Shown: piece by piece, positions 1-7,545 of the stretch
Layout of the letters: each line of letters starts with the position of its first letter
Numbering within the stretch: the stretch's first letter is position 1
From: Clostridia bacterium
Lineage (GTDB): Bacteria; Bacillota; Clostridia; Oscillospirales; Butyricicoccaceae
Length of the DNA stretch: 39,420 nt
Direction of reading: 5' to 3'
NCBI GenBank assembly: GCA_017444965.1
Contig: JAFSVO010000098.1
Coordinates: forward strand, 1 to 39,420
Translations under genes and position numbers: made by a program
Notes under the pieces: generated by a model
Databases searched by the model: none
The model's input: the letters and a program-made list of their open reading frames with translations, nothing else
What the model was told of the DNA's origin: nothing

Positions 1-1
1 C

Positions 2-379
2 CCCGAGCTTGCGGAGATACTTCTCGACATAGTAGGCACCCCCGTAAGCCCCGAGCTTCTGCCCGGCGCGCAGATAACGGAGGATATAATCGGCCCCTAC
101 GAGCTTCACGATTTCTTCCTTTACAACCTGGTGAAATACGGCTTCGCGCCGTCCAAGGTCGCCTATATGGCGAAGTACGCGTTCGAGGGCGTCTTTGACG
201 CGAAGACGGTAGATAAATGGCTCGCCGTTTTCTGCCGCAGGTTCATAAATCAGCAGTTCAAGCGCTCGTGCCTTTCCGACGGGCCGCTTGTTACCGAGAT
301 ATCCCTTTCGCCGAGACGCGGGATAAACTTCCCGAGCGACGCGTCAAACGACCTTTTCCTTGCCGACCTTAAACAATGA
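2..379 (+). CDS. nadE: C-terminal fragment of NAD(+) synthase; the gene enters from the left edge
   Basis: Frame 2 is open from the window edge to the stop at 377-379, so the track start at 131 is an internal GTG. The tail GPYELHDFFLY...QQFKRSCLSDGP...SLSPRRG..FPSDAS resembles, from memory only, the conserved C-terminus of the long glutamine-dependent NAD synthetases of Firmicutes. Confidence 0.5.
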   Translation, partial: PELAEILLDIVGTPVSPELLPGAQITEDIIGPYELHDFFLYNLVKYGFAPSKVAYMAKYAFEGVFDAKTVDKWLAVFCRRFINQQFKRSCLSDGPLVTEISLSPRRGINFPSDASNDLFLADLKQ

Positions 380-397
380 TTTTGGAGGAATATATAA

Positions 398-1618
398 ATG
401 AAGATCTATGAAGAACTGCGCGCCCGCGGGCTGATAGCGCAAGTCACCGACGAAAACGAGATACGCGAGCTTGTAAACAACGGCAAAGCGGTCTTTTATA
501 TCGGCTTCGACCCGACGGCGGATTCGCTTCACGTCGGACACTGTATGGCGCTCTGCCTTATGAGAAGGCTTCAACAGGCGGGCAACCGCCCCGTCGTGCT
601 CATAGGCGGCGGCACGGGCTACATAGGCGACCCGTCCGGAAGGACGGATATGCGCGCCATGATGACGCCCGAAACGATACAGCATAACGTCGAGTGCTTC
701 AAAAAACAGATGGAGCGCTTTATAGAGTTCGGACCCGACAAGGCTATCATGGTAAACAACGCCGACTGGCTTTTAAAGCTCAATTACATAGAGCTTCTGC
801 GCGAGGTCGGCGCCTGCTTCTCGGTCAACAACATGCTTCGCGCCGAGTGCTATAAGCAGAGGATGGAAAAGGGCCTTTCCTTCCTTGAATTCAACTATAT
901 GATAATGCAGTCTTACGACTTTTATCATCTGTATAAGACCTACGGCTGCAATATGCAGTTCGGCGGCGACGACCAGTGGAGCAATATGCTCGGCGGCACC
1001 GAGCTTATAAGGAAAAAGCTCGGCAAGGACGCGTTCGCCATGACGATAACCCTGCTTATGAACAGCGAGGGCAAGAAAATGGGCAAAACGGCGAACGGCG
1101 CCGTGTGGCTCGACCCCAATAAAACTTCGCCCTTCGAGTTTTACCAGTACTGGAGGAACGTCGACGACGCCGACGTCATCAAGTGCATAAGGCTTCTTAC
1201 CTTTATCCCCATAGAAGAAATTGAGGAAATGGAAAAGTGGGACGGCTCAAGAGTTAACGAGCTTAAAGAGATACTCGCGTTTGAGCTTACCGCGCTGGTG
1301 CACGGCAGGGAAGAGGCGGAAAAGGCGAAGCAGGCTTCCCGCGCGCTTTTCTCGGGCGAGGGCGACGACGCGAACATGCCGACGACCGAAATATCCCCCG
1401 AAGACGCGGCGGCGGGACTCGGCATAATAGAGCTTATGAAAAGGTGCGGTTTAGTTACGAGCAACGGCGAGGCGCGGCGCCTTATCGAGCAGGGCGGCGT
1501 GACCTTAAACGGCGAAAAGGTGACGGGTATCGACCGCGCCGTGACGCCCGACGAGCTTCGCGAAGGCGTGAAAATACGCAAAGGCAAAAAGGTGTTCCAC
1601 AAGGCAGTTTTAAAATGA
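398..1618 (+). CDS. tyrS: Tyrosine--tRNA ligase
   Basis: 406 aa. It has a class I HIGH-type motif (HVGH), a KMSKS-type motif (KMGKT) and a C-terminal S4-like domain ([19 protein letters not shown]). An SD GGAGG lies 8 nt upstream of the ATG. Confidence 0.95.
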   Translation: MKIYEELRARGLIAQVTDENEIRELVNNGKAVFYIGFDPTADSLHVGHCMALCLMRRLQQAGNRPVVLIGGGTGYIGDPSGRTDMRAMMTPETIQHNVECFKKQMERFIEFGPDKAIMVNNADWLLKLNYIELLREVGACFSVNNMLRAECYKQRMEKGLSFLEFNYMIMQSYDFYHLYKTYGCNMQFGGDDQWSNMLGGTELIRKKLGKDAFAMTITLLMNSEGKKMGKTANGAVWLDPNKTSPFEFYQYWRNVDDADVIKCIRLLTFIPIEEIEEMEKWDGSRVNELKEILAFELTALVHGREEAEKAKQASRALFSGEGDDANMPTTEISPEDAAAGLGIIELMKRCGLVTSNGEARRLIEQGGVTLNGEKVTGIDRAVTPDELREGVKIRKGKKVFHKAVLK

Positions 1619-2187
1619 ACGCCTACGATTTTGACGGAACGGTATACGACGGCGACAGCACGGCAGATTTTTTCCGCTTCTGCGCGAAAAGAAGCCTTAA
1701 AATAAGGCTTCTTACGCCCTATTATCTTCTCGGCTTCATACCGTATAAAATGGGGATAATAAACAAGACGCGCGCGAAAAGACACTTTTACAACTTCGTC
1801 CGCGCGGTCCCCGATATGGACGGGGCGGTAAAAGCGTTCTGGGATAAAAATCAGGTAAAAATAAAGGGCTGGTACCGCAAAAACAGCCGCCACGACGATA
1901 TCGTCCTGTCGGCGTCGCCGCGGTTTACGTTGCGCGAGATATGCGCGCGGCTCGGGATAAAAAGCCTTATCTGTTCCGAGGTAAACGAAAAAACCGGCGA
2001 GTACTCGGGGCTTAACTGCCACGGCGAAGAAAAAGTGCGGCGGCTTGAAAAAGAGTACCCCGGCGCGGTCATTGAGGAGTTTTACTCCGATTCTTTTAAC
2101 GACGCGCCGCTCGCCCGCCTGTCGCAAAGGGCGTTTTGCGTAAGGGGCGACAGGATATATCCGTGGGACGAGTATTTTTCAAAATAA
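1615..2187 (+). CDS. HAD-IB family hydrolase (phosphoserine-phosphatase-like superfamily)
   Basis: The start [15 protein letters not shown] carries the DxDGT nucleophile motif. The ATG overlaps the tyrS stop (ATGA at 1615-1618). The longer track ORF from 1444 is only an in-frame extension across the tyrS 3' end. Confidence 0.8.
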   Translation: MNAYDFDGTVYDGDSTADFFRFCAKRSLKIRLLTPYYLLGFIPYKMGIINKTRAKRHFYNFVRAVPDMDGAVKAFWDKNQVKIKGWYRKNSRHDDIVLSASPRFTLREICARLGIKSLICSEVNEKTGEYSGLNCHGEEKVRRLEKEYPGAVIEEFYSDSFNDAPLARLSQRAFCVRGDRIYPWDEYFSK

Positions 2188-2200
2188 AAAACGCAAAAAT

Positions 2201-2240
2201 AAGAGATAAAGCAAAACTAAAATTGCTTTATCTCTTTTAT
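2201..2240. terminator. Bidirectional intrinsic terminator between convergent genes
   Basis: A 13-bp stem AAGAGATAAAGCA / TGCTTTATCTCTT is flanked by an A-run on the left and a T-run on the right. Confidence 0.6.
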
Positions 2241-2249
2241 TCAGCGCTC

Positions 2250-2951
2250 TTATTTTATTTCGAAAAGCGTGCTTATAACTCCGTTCGCGCAGGCGCAAAG
2301 AGCGTAACCCGAAGGGGTCTTCGCCGTCTTTACTGTGACCGCGTCGCCGTATTTTACGGGGCGCAGGTAAGATATGCGCGCCTCCGAAAAATCGACCTTT
2401 TCGGGCAGCGCCTCGGGTATAATATCAACGTAGGCGGCGTTGTGGACGTGCCCGTTGAAATCGAGGTCGGCGCGGCGCAGTATAAAGGGCTTTTCCGTAT
2501 CGTATAAGTCTAACGGGCGCAGTTTTTCGGGCGCGCCCTCGAAAACGCGGGTCTGTTCGGGCGAGTACGCCGTCATAAGCTCTTGCGTTATTCGCGAAAG
2601 CCGCCCCGAGGAAAGATCGGAAAGGCAGAGCCGCGCCTCGCCCAAAGCCGCCGTTTCGCCGGTCTTTGTTTTCAGCGTGAAATCGCGGAAAACGGAGGAA
2701 GAGGGCGTTTTGCCGCCCGTCCACGTCGTGACGAGCAAGGGTTCCGAAACGCGCGGGCGCGAAATGAACTTGACGCGCCAGTCGTAAATTATCCACACGG
2801 CGCCTTTATGCTCGCCTATTATGCTGTCGCGCGCGGCGTCCGAATGATGCCCGCCGGCGTTTTCAAACGCCTCAAAGACAGAGCGCCATGACAGCCGCCC
2901 GCTTTCGTCAAAATCCGAAAGACCGGGGCAAAAAGTTTCCTCAAAAAACAT
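2250..2951 (-). CDS. Acyl-ACP thioesterase
   Basis: 233 aa with a double hot-dog layout. The DLDFNGHVHNAAY block is typical of the FatA/FatB-like acyl-ACP thioesterase family. Confidence 0.8.
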   Translation of the reverse strand: MFFEETFCPGLSDFDESGRLSWRSVFEAFENAGGHHSDAARDSIIGEHKGAVWIIYDWRVKFISRPRVSEPLLVTTWTGGKTPSSSVFRDFTLKTKTGETAALGEARLCLSDLSSGRLSRITQELMTAYSPEQTRVFEGAPEKLRPLDLYDTEKPFILRRADLDFNGHVHNAAYVDIIPEALPEKVDFSEARISYLRPVKYGDAVTVKTAKTPSGYALCACANGVISTLFEIK

Positions 2952-2960
2952 AGACGCCTC

Positions 2961-3863
2961 TCAAAATCCCTTGTCGGGCAGGATGCAGACGACGTTTTTG
3001 CCGCGCGCCTCCTCGCGCTGAGCGACGTTTATCGCAGCGACCAGGGCGGCGCCCGAGCTTATGCCGCAGCATATCCCCTCTTTTTCGATAAGATAGCGTT
3101 TGGCGTCGAGCGCGTCGGGCATACGCACCTTTATTACCTCGTCAAGTATATACGTGTTGAGTATAGGCGGAATAAATCCCGCGCCGATGCCGGTTATTCC
3201 GTGGGGAGACGCGAAGCCGCCCGATATTACGGGCGAATCCGCCGGCTCTACGCCTATTACGGCGCAGTCGGGATAATGGCGGCGTATTATTTCGGCGCAG
3301 CCCGTTATTGTGCCGCCGGTGCCTATACCCGCGACTATGTAATCTATCTGAATACCGGTCTTAAGCAGCTCTTTCGCGGTGCCGGCGCGGTGCGCCTCGG
3401 CGTTGTCCTCGCTTTCAAACGGGTCGAAGATGGCGGAACGGGGCAGTCTTTCTTTAAGCTTCTGCGCCGCCTCCTTCGCGCCTTCGGTGCCCGATCTCGC
3501 GGGGGTCGTAAGGACTTTGGCGCCGTACGCCTCGACCGTGGCGATACGCTCTTTCGGCGTGTCGTCGGGCATAACTATAACGCATGAAAGAGAGAGCGCG
3601 GCGCATACCATCGCCATCGAAACGGCGCTGTTGCCGCCCGTCACCTCTATAACGGTGAAGTCGCGCCCGATCATGCCCTTTTCCAGAGCGCCCTTTATCA
3701 TGAAAAGCGCCGAGCGGTCCTTTACCGAGCCCGTCGGATTTAAGTATTCGGCTTTACCGTAAAGGTCGGCTTTAAGGGAAAACGCGGCTTTTATCCCCCG
3801 TAGCTCGATAAGCGGGGTGTTTCCTATGGTTTTCAGCGCGCTGTCGTAAATTCCGCCCGCCAT
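2961..3863 (-). CDS. cysK: Cysteine synthase / O-acetylserine sulfhydrylase (PLP-dependent)
   Basis: It has the PLP-lysine motif NPTGSVKDR and the glycine loop GIGTGGTITG. The start is set at MAGGIYD (ATG 3863) because GGGAGGGG lies 7 nt upstream; the track ORF extends 13 codons further without an SD. Confidence 0.9.
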   Translation of the reverse strand: MAGGIYDSALKTIGNTPLIELRGIKAAFSLKADLYGKAEYLNPTGSVKDRSALFMIKGALEKGMIGRDFTVIEVTGGNSAVSMAMVCAALSLSCVIVMPDDTPKERIATVEAYGAKVLTTPARSGTEGAKEAAQKLKERLPRSAIFDPFESEDNAEAHRAGTAKELLKTGIQIDYIVAGIGTGGTITGCAEIIRRHYPDCAVIGVEPADSPVISGGFASPHGITGIGAGFIPPILNTYILDEVIKVRMPDALDAKRYLIEKEGICCGISSGAALVAAINVAQREEARGKNVVCILPDKGF

Positions 3864-4010
3864 AAAGATCCCCTCCCGTTTGTTAAAAATAGGTATCGAC
3901 AAGGCGTGATAATTGTGATATCTTATATACGGATAAGTATCGAAGAAAAAGTTTTTTACTTATTTCATTATATAGTATATTTATTTTTTTTACAATAAGG
4001 AGGAGCAAAA

Positions 4011-5090
4011 ATGCACAAGAAACTGTTCATACCCGGCCCCGTTGACGTGCGCGCCGACGTTCTGGAAAAAATGGCGACGCCCATGATAGGGCACAGAGGA
4101 AAGGCGGCGACCGCCCTTCAGAAGAGCATAAGCGAAAAGGTACAGAAGGTATTTCAGACCAAAAATACGATAGTTCTTTCCACCACCTCCGGCTCGGGCC
4201 TTATGGAAAGCGCGATCCGTTGCTGCACGAAAAAACGCGCCGCCGTGTTTTCGATAGGCGCTTTCGGCGACAGATGGTATAAAATGGCGGTCTCAAACGC
4301 CGTCCCCGCAGACAAGTTCCGCGCGGAAGACGGCAAGGCGACCGACCCCGCTGAGGTCGATAAAGTCCTCGCGACGGGCAATTACGACCTTTTGACGATA
4401 ACCCATAACGAGACCTCCGTCGGCATACAGAACCCCGTCGAGGAAATAGCTAAGGTAGTCAAAAAATATCCCGACGTCGTATTCTGCATGGATACCGTAA
4501 GCTCTATGGGCGGCACCAACATCCCCGTAGACGAGCTGGGCGTCGATTTCTGCATAACCTCAACTCAGAAGTGCTTAGGGCTTCCTCCCGGAATGTCTAT
4601 CGCGTCGGTTTCCGAAAAGGCGTACGAGCGCGCCAAGACGGTCGAGCACCGCGGGCTTTATCTCGACATCGTCGAAATAATGGACAAGGTGCGCGTTGAC
4701 GATAAATATCAGTATCCCTCCACGCCGTCTCTTTCCCACATGTTCGCGCTTGACTATCAGCTCGACTGCATACTCAAAGAGGGGCTTGAAAACCGCTGGG
4801 CAAGGCATACCGAAATGGCGAAGGTCGTAAGAGAGTGGGCGAAAAAGTACTTCGCTCTCTTCTCCGACGAAAGATACCTTTCCAACACTCTTACCACCAT
4901 AACCAACACGAGGGGCATTTCGGTCGCGGATCTTAACAAGGCGCTCGGCGAGCGCGGATACGAGATATCCAACGGCTACGGTTCTTTAAAGGAAAAGACC
5001 TTCCGCATAGCCCACATGGCGGACACCGATATGGACACCTTAAAGGCGCTGCTTCACGAGATAGAAGACATACTCGGACTGGAGGCGTAA
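4011..5090 (+). CDS. Class V aminotransferase (AGXT/SerC-like), probably phosphoserine aminotransferase
   Basis: 359 aa with the FIPGPV N-terminus and a TSTQKCLG PLP-lysine block. It sits 1 nt upstream of the serA-like gene. SD is AAGGAGGAG. Confidence 0.8.
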   Translation: MHKKLFIPGPVDVRADVLEKMATPMIGHRGKAATALQKSISEKVQKVFQTKNTIVLSTTSGSGLMESAIRCCTKKRAAVFSIGAFGDRWYKMAVSNAVPADKFRAEDGKATDPAEVDKVLATGNYDLLTITHNETSVGIQNPVEEIAKVVKKYPDVVFCMDTVSSMGGTNIPVDELGVDFCITSTQKCLGLPPGMSIASVSEKAYERAKTVEHRGLYLDIVEIMDKVRVDDKYQYPSTPSLSHMFALDYQLDCILKEGLENRWARHTEMAKVVREWAKKYFALFSDERYLSNTLTTITNTRGISVADLNKALGERGYEISNGYGSLKEKTFRIAHMADTDMDTLKALLHEIEDILGLEA

Positions 5091-5091
5091 T

Positions 5092-6000
5092 ATGAAAAAG
5101 ATACTCGTTACCGACGGAATGGAAAAGGAAGCGCTGGCTTCCCTCAGAGCCAAGGGCTATGAAGTCACCGAAAAGTTTTTCGAGCCCGAAGAGCTCGCGA
5201 AGAATTTAGGCGCCTTTGACGCCGTAGTCGTAAGGTCGGCGACTAAAGTGCGCCAGCCGATAATCGACGAGGCGAAAAAGGGCAATTTAAAGCTTATAAT
5301 CCGCGGCGGCGTCGGCGTTGACAATATTGACGTCGCCTATGCGGAAGCAAACGGCATAGCCGTCCGCAACACTCCGCGCGCGTCCACCGCGTCGGTCGCC
5401 GAGCTCGCGCTCGCGCACATGTTCGCGCTCGCGAGATTTATAGGCGTTTCCAACTACACGATGAGATGCGGCGAATGGAACAAGAAAAAGTACGAGGGCG
5501 TAGAGATAGCGGGCAAAACGCTCGGCATAGTCGGCTTCGGCAGGATAGGCAGAGAGCTTGCTTCCAAAGCGCACGCTCTGGGCATGAAAATAATCGCGAC
5601 CGACGTGATGAAGGTCGAAAACGCGCCCGATTACGCCGAGATAACCACCTTTGAAGAAGTGCTCAAAAAGGCTGATTTTATTTCTCTGCACGTTCCGATG
5701 CCCAAGGATAAAAAGCCCGTCATTACGGCAAAAGAGATCGCCGCGATGAAGGACGGCGCCTTTATCATAATCGCGGCGCGCGGCGGCATAAGAGACGAAG
5801 ACGCGCGTTGCGACGCGCTTGACAGCGGCAAGCTTTCGGGCGCGGGGCTTGACGTTTTCGCCGAAGAGCCCTGCAAAAACGAGCGCCTTCTCAAAAATCC
5901 CAAGGTATCCGTAACGCCGCACATCGGCGGCTCCACTAAAGAGGCGCAGACCAGGATAGGGCAGGAAATAGTCGACATCATTGACGGCTTTTTCGCCTGA
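5092..6000 (+). CDS. serA: D-3-phosphoglycerate dehydrogenase, short form without ACT domain
   Basis: 302 aa. It has the NAD-binding GIVGFGRIGRE motif and the D-2-hydroxyacid dehydrogenase catalytic region (..RGG..DE....PHIGGST). Confidence 0.85.
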   Translation: MKKILVTDGMEKEALASLRAKGYEVTEKFFEPEELAKNLGAFDAVVVRSATKVRQPIIDEAKKGNLKLIIRGGVGVDNIDVAYAEANGIAVRNTPRASTASVAELALAHMFALARFIGVSNYTMRCGEWNKKKYEGVEIAGKTLGIVGFGRIGRELASKAHALGMKIIATDVMKVENAPDYAEITTFEEVLKKADFISLHVPMPKDKKPVITAKEIAAMKDGAFIIIAARGGIRDEDARCDALDSGKLSGAGLDVFAEEPCKNERLLKNPKVSVTPHIGGSTKEAQTRIGQEIVDIIDGFFA

Positions 6001-6011
6001 AAGGAGAAAAA

Positions 6012-7250
6012 ATGGCAAAGGTAAGACCTTTTAAGGCGGTGCGCCCGGCGCCCGAGTACGCGGCGAAAGTCGCGGCGCTGCCTTACGACGTCATGTCGTC
6101 GGACGAGGCGAGAGAGATGGTAAAGGGCAACCCCTATTCCTTTCTTCACGTCGACAAGGCGGAGATAGACCTGCCCCTCGGCACCGACCTTTATTCCCCC
6201 GTCGTTTACGGAAAGGCGCGCGACAACCTTTATAAAATGATAAAGGACGGCGTGTTTATCGAGGATAACAAGCCCTGCTATTACGTATACCGTCAGATAA
6301 TGAACGGCAGAGCGCAGACGGGCATAGTCGCCTGCGCCTCGGTCGACGATTATATCGATAACGTGATAAAAAAGCACGAGCTGACGAGAGCCGACAAGGA
6401 GGAGGACCGCTGCAACCACGTCGATATATGCGACGCGAACACGGGCCCCATCTTCCTGACCTACCGCGCGAGGGCTGATATCGCCGCCACGGTAGAAAAG
6501 TACGTCAAGACCGCGCCGGTCTACGATTTCGTATCCGACGGCGTGTCCCAGACAGTGTGGGTCATATCCGACGAAGCCGACATTTCGGCAATTACCTCCG
6601 CCTTTGAGCAAACGCCCGCGCTTTACATAGCCGACGGGCATCACAGATCGGCGTCCGCCGTAAGAGTCGGCAAAAAGCGCCGCGAGCAGAACCCGGGCTA
6701 TACGGGAGAGGAAGAGTTCAACTTTTTCCTTTCGGTCCTTTTCCCCGACAAAGAGCTTTATATAATGGACTATAACCGCGTCGTGCTCGACTTAAACGGG
6801 CTTACGCCCGGCGAGTACCTTGCGCGCGTGTCCGAAAAGTTTAACGTAGAGCCGTGGAGCCGCCCCGAAGGAACGGTTAAGGAAAAGCATTCCTTCGGCA
6901 TGTATATGAACGGCAGATGGTATAAGCTTACGGCAAAGACCGGCTCTTTTGACGAAAAAGACGTAATAGGCTCGCTCGACGTGTCCATTCTTCAGCAGAA
7001 CCTTTTGAGCCCGGTCCTCGGCATAGGCGACCCGAGAACGGATAAGCGCATCGACTTTGTCGGCGGCATACGCGGCATAGGCGAGCTTGAAAAAAGAGTG
7101 AACGCGGGCGCCGCGGTGGCTTTCGCCATGTGTCCGACCGACGTTTCCGAGCTTATGAAAATAGCCGACGCGGGACTTATCATGCCGCCGAAAAGCACCT
7201 GGTTCGAGCCCAAGCTTTTGTCCGGGCTTTTCGTGCACAAGCTCAAATAA
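6012..7250 (+). CDS. DUF1015 family protein (uncharacterised)
   Basis: 412 aa. The N-terminus VRPFKAVRP and the ADGHHR block are hallmarks of DUF1015 as I remember it. Its position downstream of serA is a commonly seen arrangement. Confidence 0.8.
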   Translation: MAKVRPFKAVRPAPEYAAKVAALPYDVMSSDEAREMVKGNPYSFLHVDKAEIDLPLGTDLYSPVVYGKARDNLYKMIKDGVFIEDNKPCYYVYRQIMNGRAQTGIVACASVDDYIDNVIKKHELTRADKEEDRCNHVDICDANTGPIFLTYRARADIAATVEKYVKTAPVYDFVSDGVSQTVWVISDEADISAITSAFEQTPALYIADGHHRSASAVRVGKKRREQNPGYTGEEEFNFFLSVLFPDKELYIMDYNRVVLDLNGLTPGEYLARVSEKFNVEPWSRPEGTVKEKHSFGMYMNGRWYKLTAKTGSFDEKDVIGSLDVSILQQNLLSPVLGIGDPRTDKRIDFVGGIRGIGELEKRVNAGAAVAFAMCPTDVSELMKIADAGLIMPPKSTWFEPKLLSGLFVHKLK

Positions 7251-7291
7251 TTTCCTGAAATTTACAAAATTTCCGTTTTTTTACAAAAAGA

Positions 7292-7320
7292 CCCGCCGAA
7301 AAAACTCGGCGGGCTTTTGT
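7292..7320 (+). terminator. Intrinsic terminator after the DUF1015 gene
   Basis: An 8-bp GC stem CCCGCCGA / TCGGCGGG is followed by CTTTTGT. Confidence 0.7.
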
Positions 7321-7460
7321 ACGGTGAGCTTATTATATTATATAATATGTTCGCGCGCGATACATTATATATAATATATACGCGCGTAAAGCCGAAAAAC
7401 GGTAAAAATGTAATGAAAAGCCCCCAATGTTACATCTGTGTTACATTTGCCCCGATGTGC

Positions 7461-7489
7461 TTGACATTCATTTCGGGGATTGTTATGAT
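7461..7489 (+). promoter_or_regulatory. Sigma-A type promoter of the S-layer gene
   Basis: TTGACA, a 17-nt spacer and TATGAT, with TG at -15/-14 (TGTTATGAT). It lies about 55 nt upstream of the ATG. Confidence 0.5.
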
Positions 7490-7545
7490 ATAGACATCAA
7501 AAAGGTCGAACTATCCGACCGAAAAATTTATAGGAGGAAACACAC

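Noticed and set aside
344-685. 113-aa minus-strand ORF across the nadE/tyrS junction
   Set aside because: It is antisense to two well-supported genes and has no motif or translation signals.
1444-1614. N-terminal extension of the HAD hydrolase ORF (track start at 1444)
   Set aside because: The extension lies entirely inside the tyrS coding region in another frame and is Arg-rich. The ATG at 1615, with the DxDGT motif right after it and an ATGA overlap with the tyrS stop, is the credible start.
1141-2127. 328-aa minus-strand ORF spanning the tyrS/HAD junction. Similar long antisense or off-frame ORFs occur at 5287-6018, 5631-6644, 6792-7238, 15666-16496, 29383-30225, 33987-34616 and 34523-35068.
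   Set aside because: All overlap well-supported genes, lack SDs and encode Arg/Ala/Pro-rich low-complexity products. This is typical of GC-rich third-position bias.
7330-7385. Invertible promoter (inverton) upstream of the S-layer gene
   Set aside because: The AT-rich inverted repeats are only about 14 bp apart, far too close to enclose a promoter. No invertase gene is nearby.
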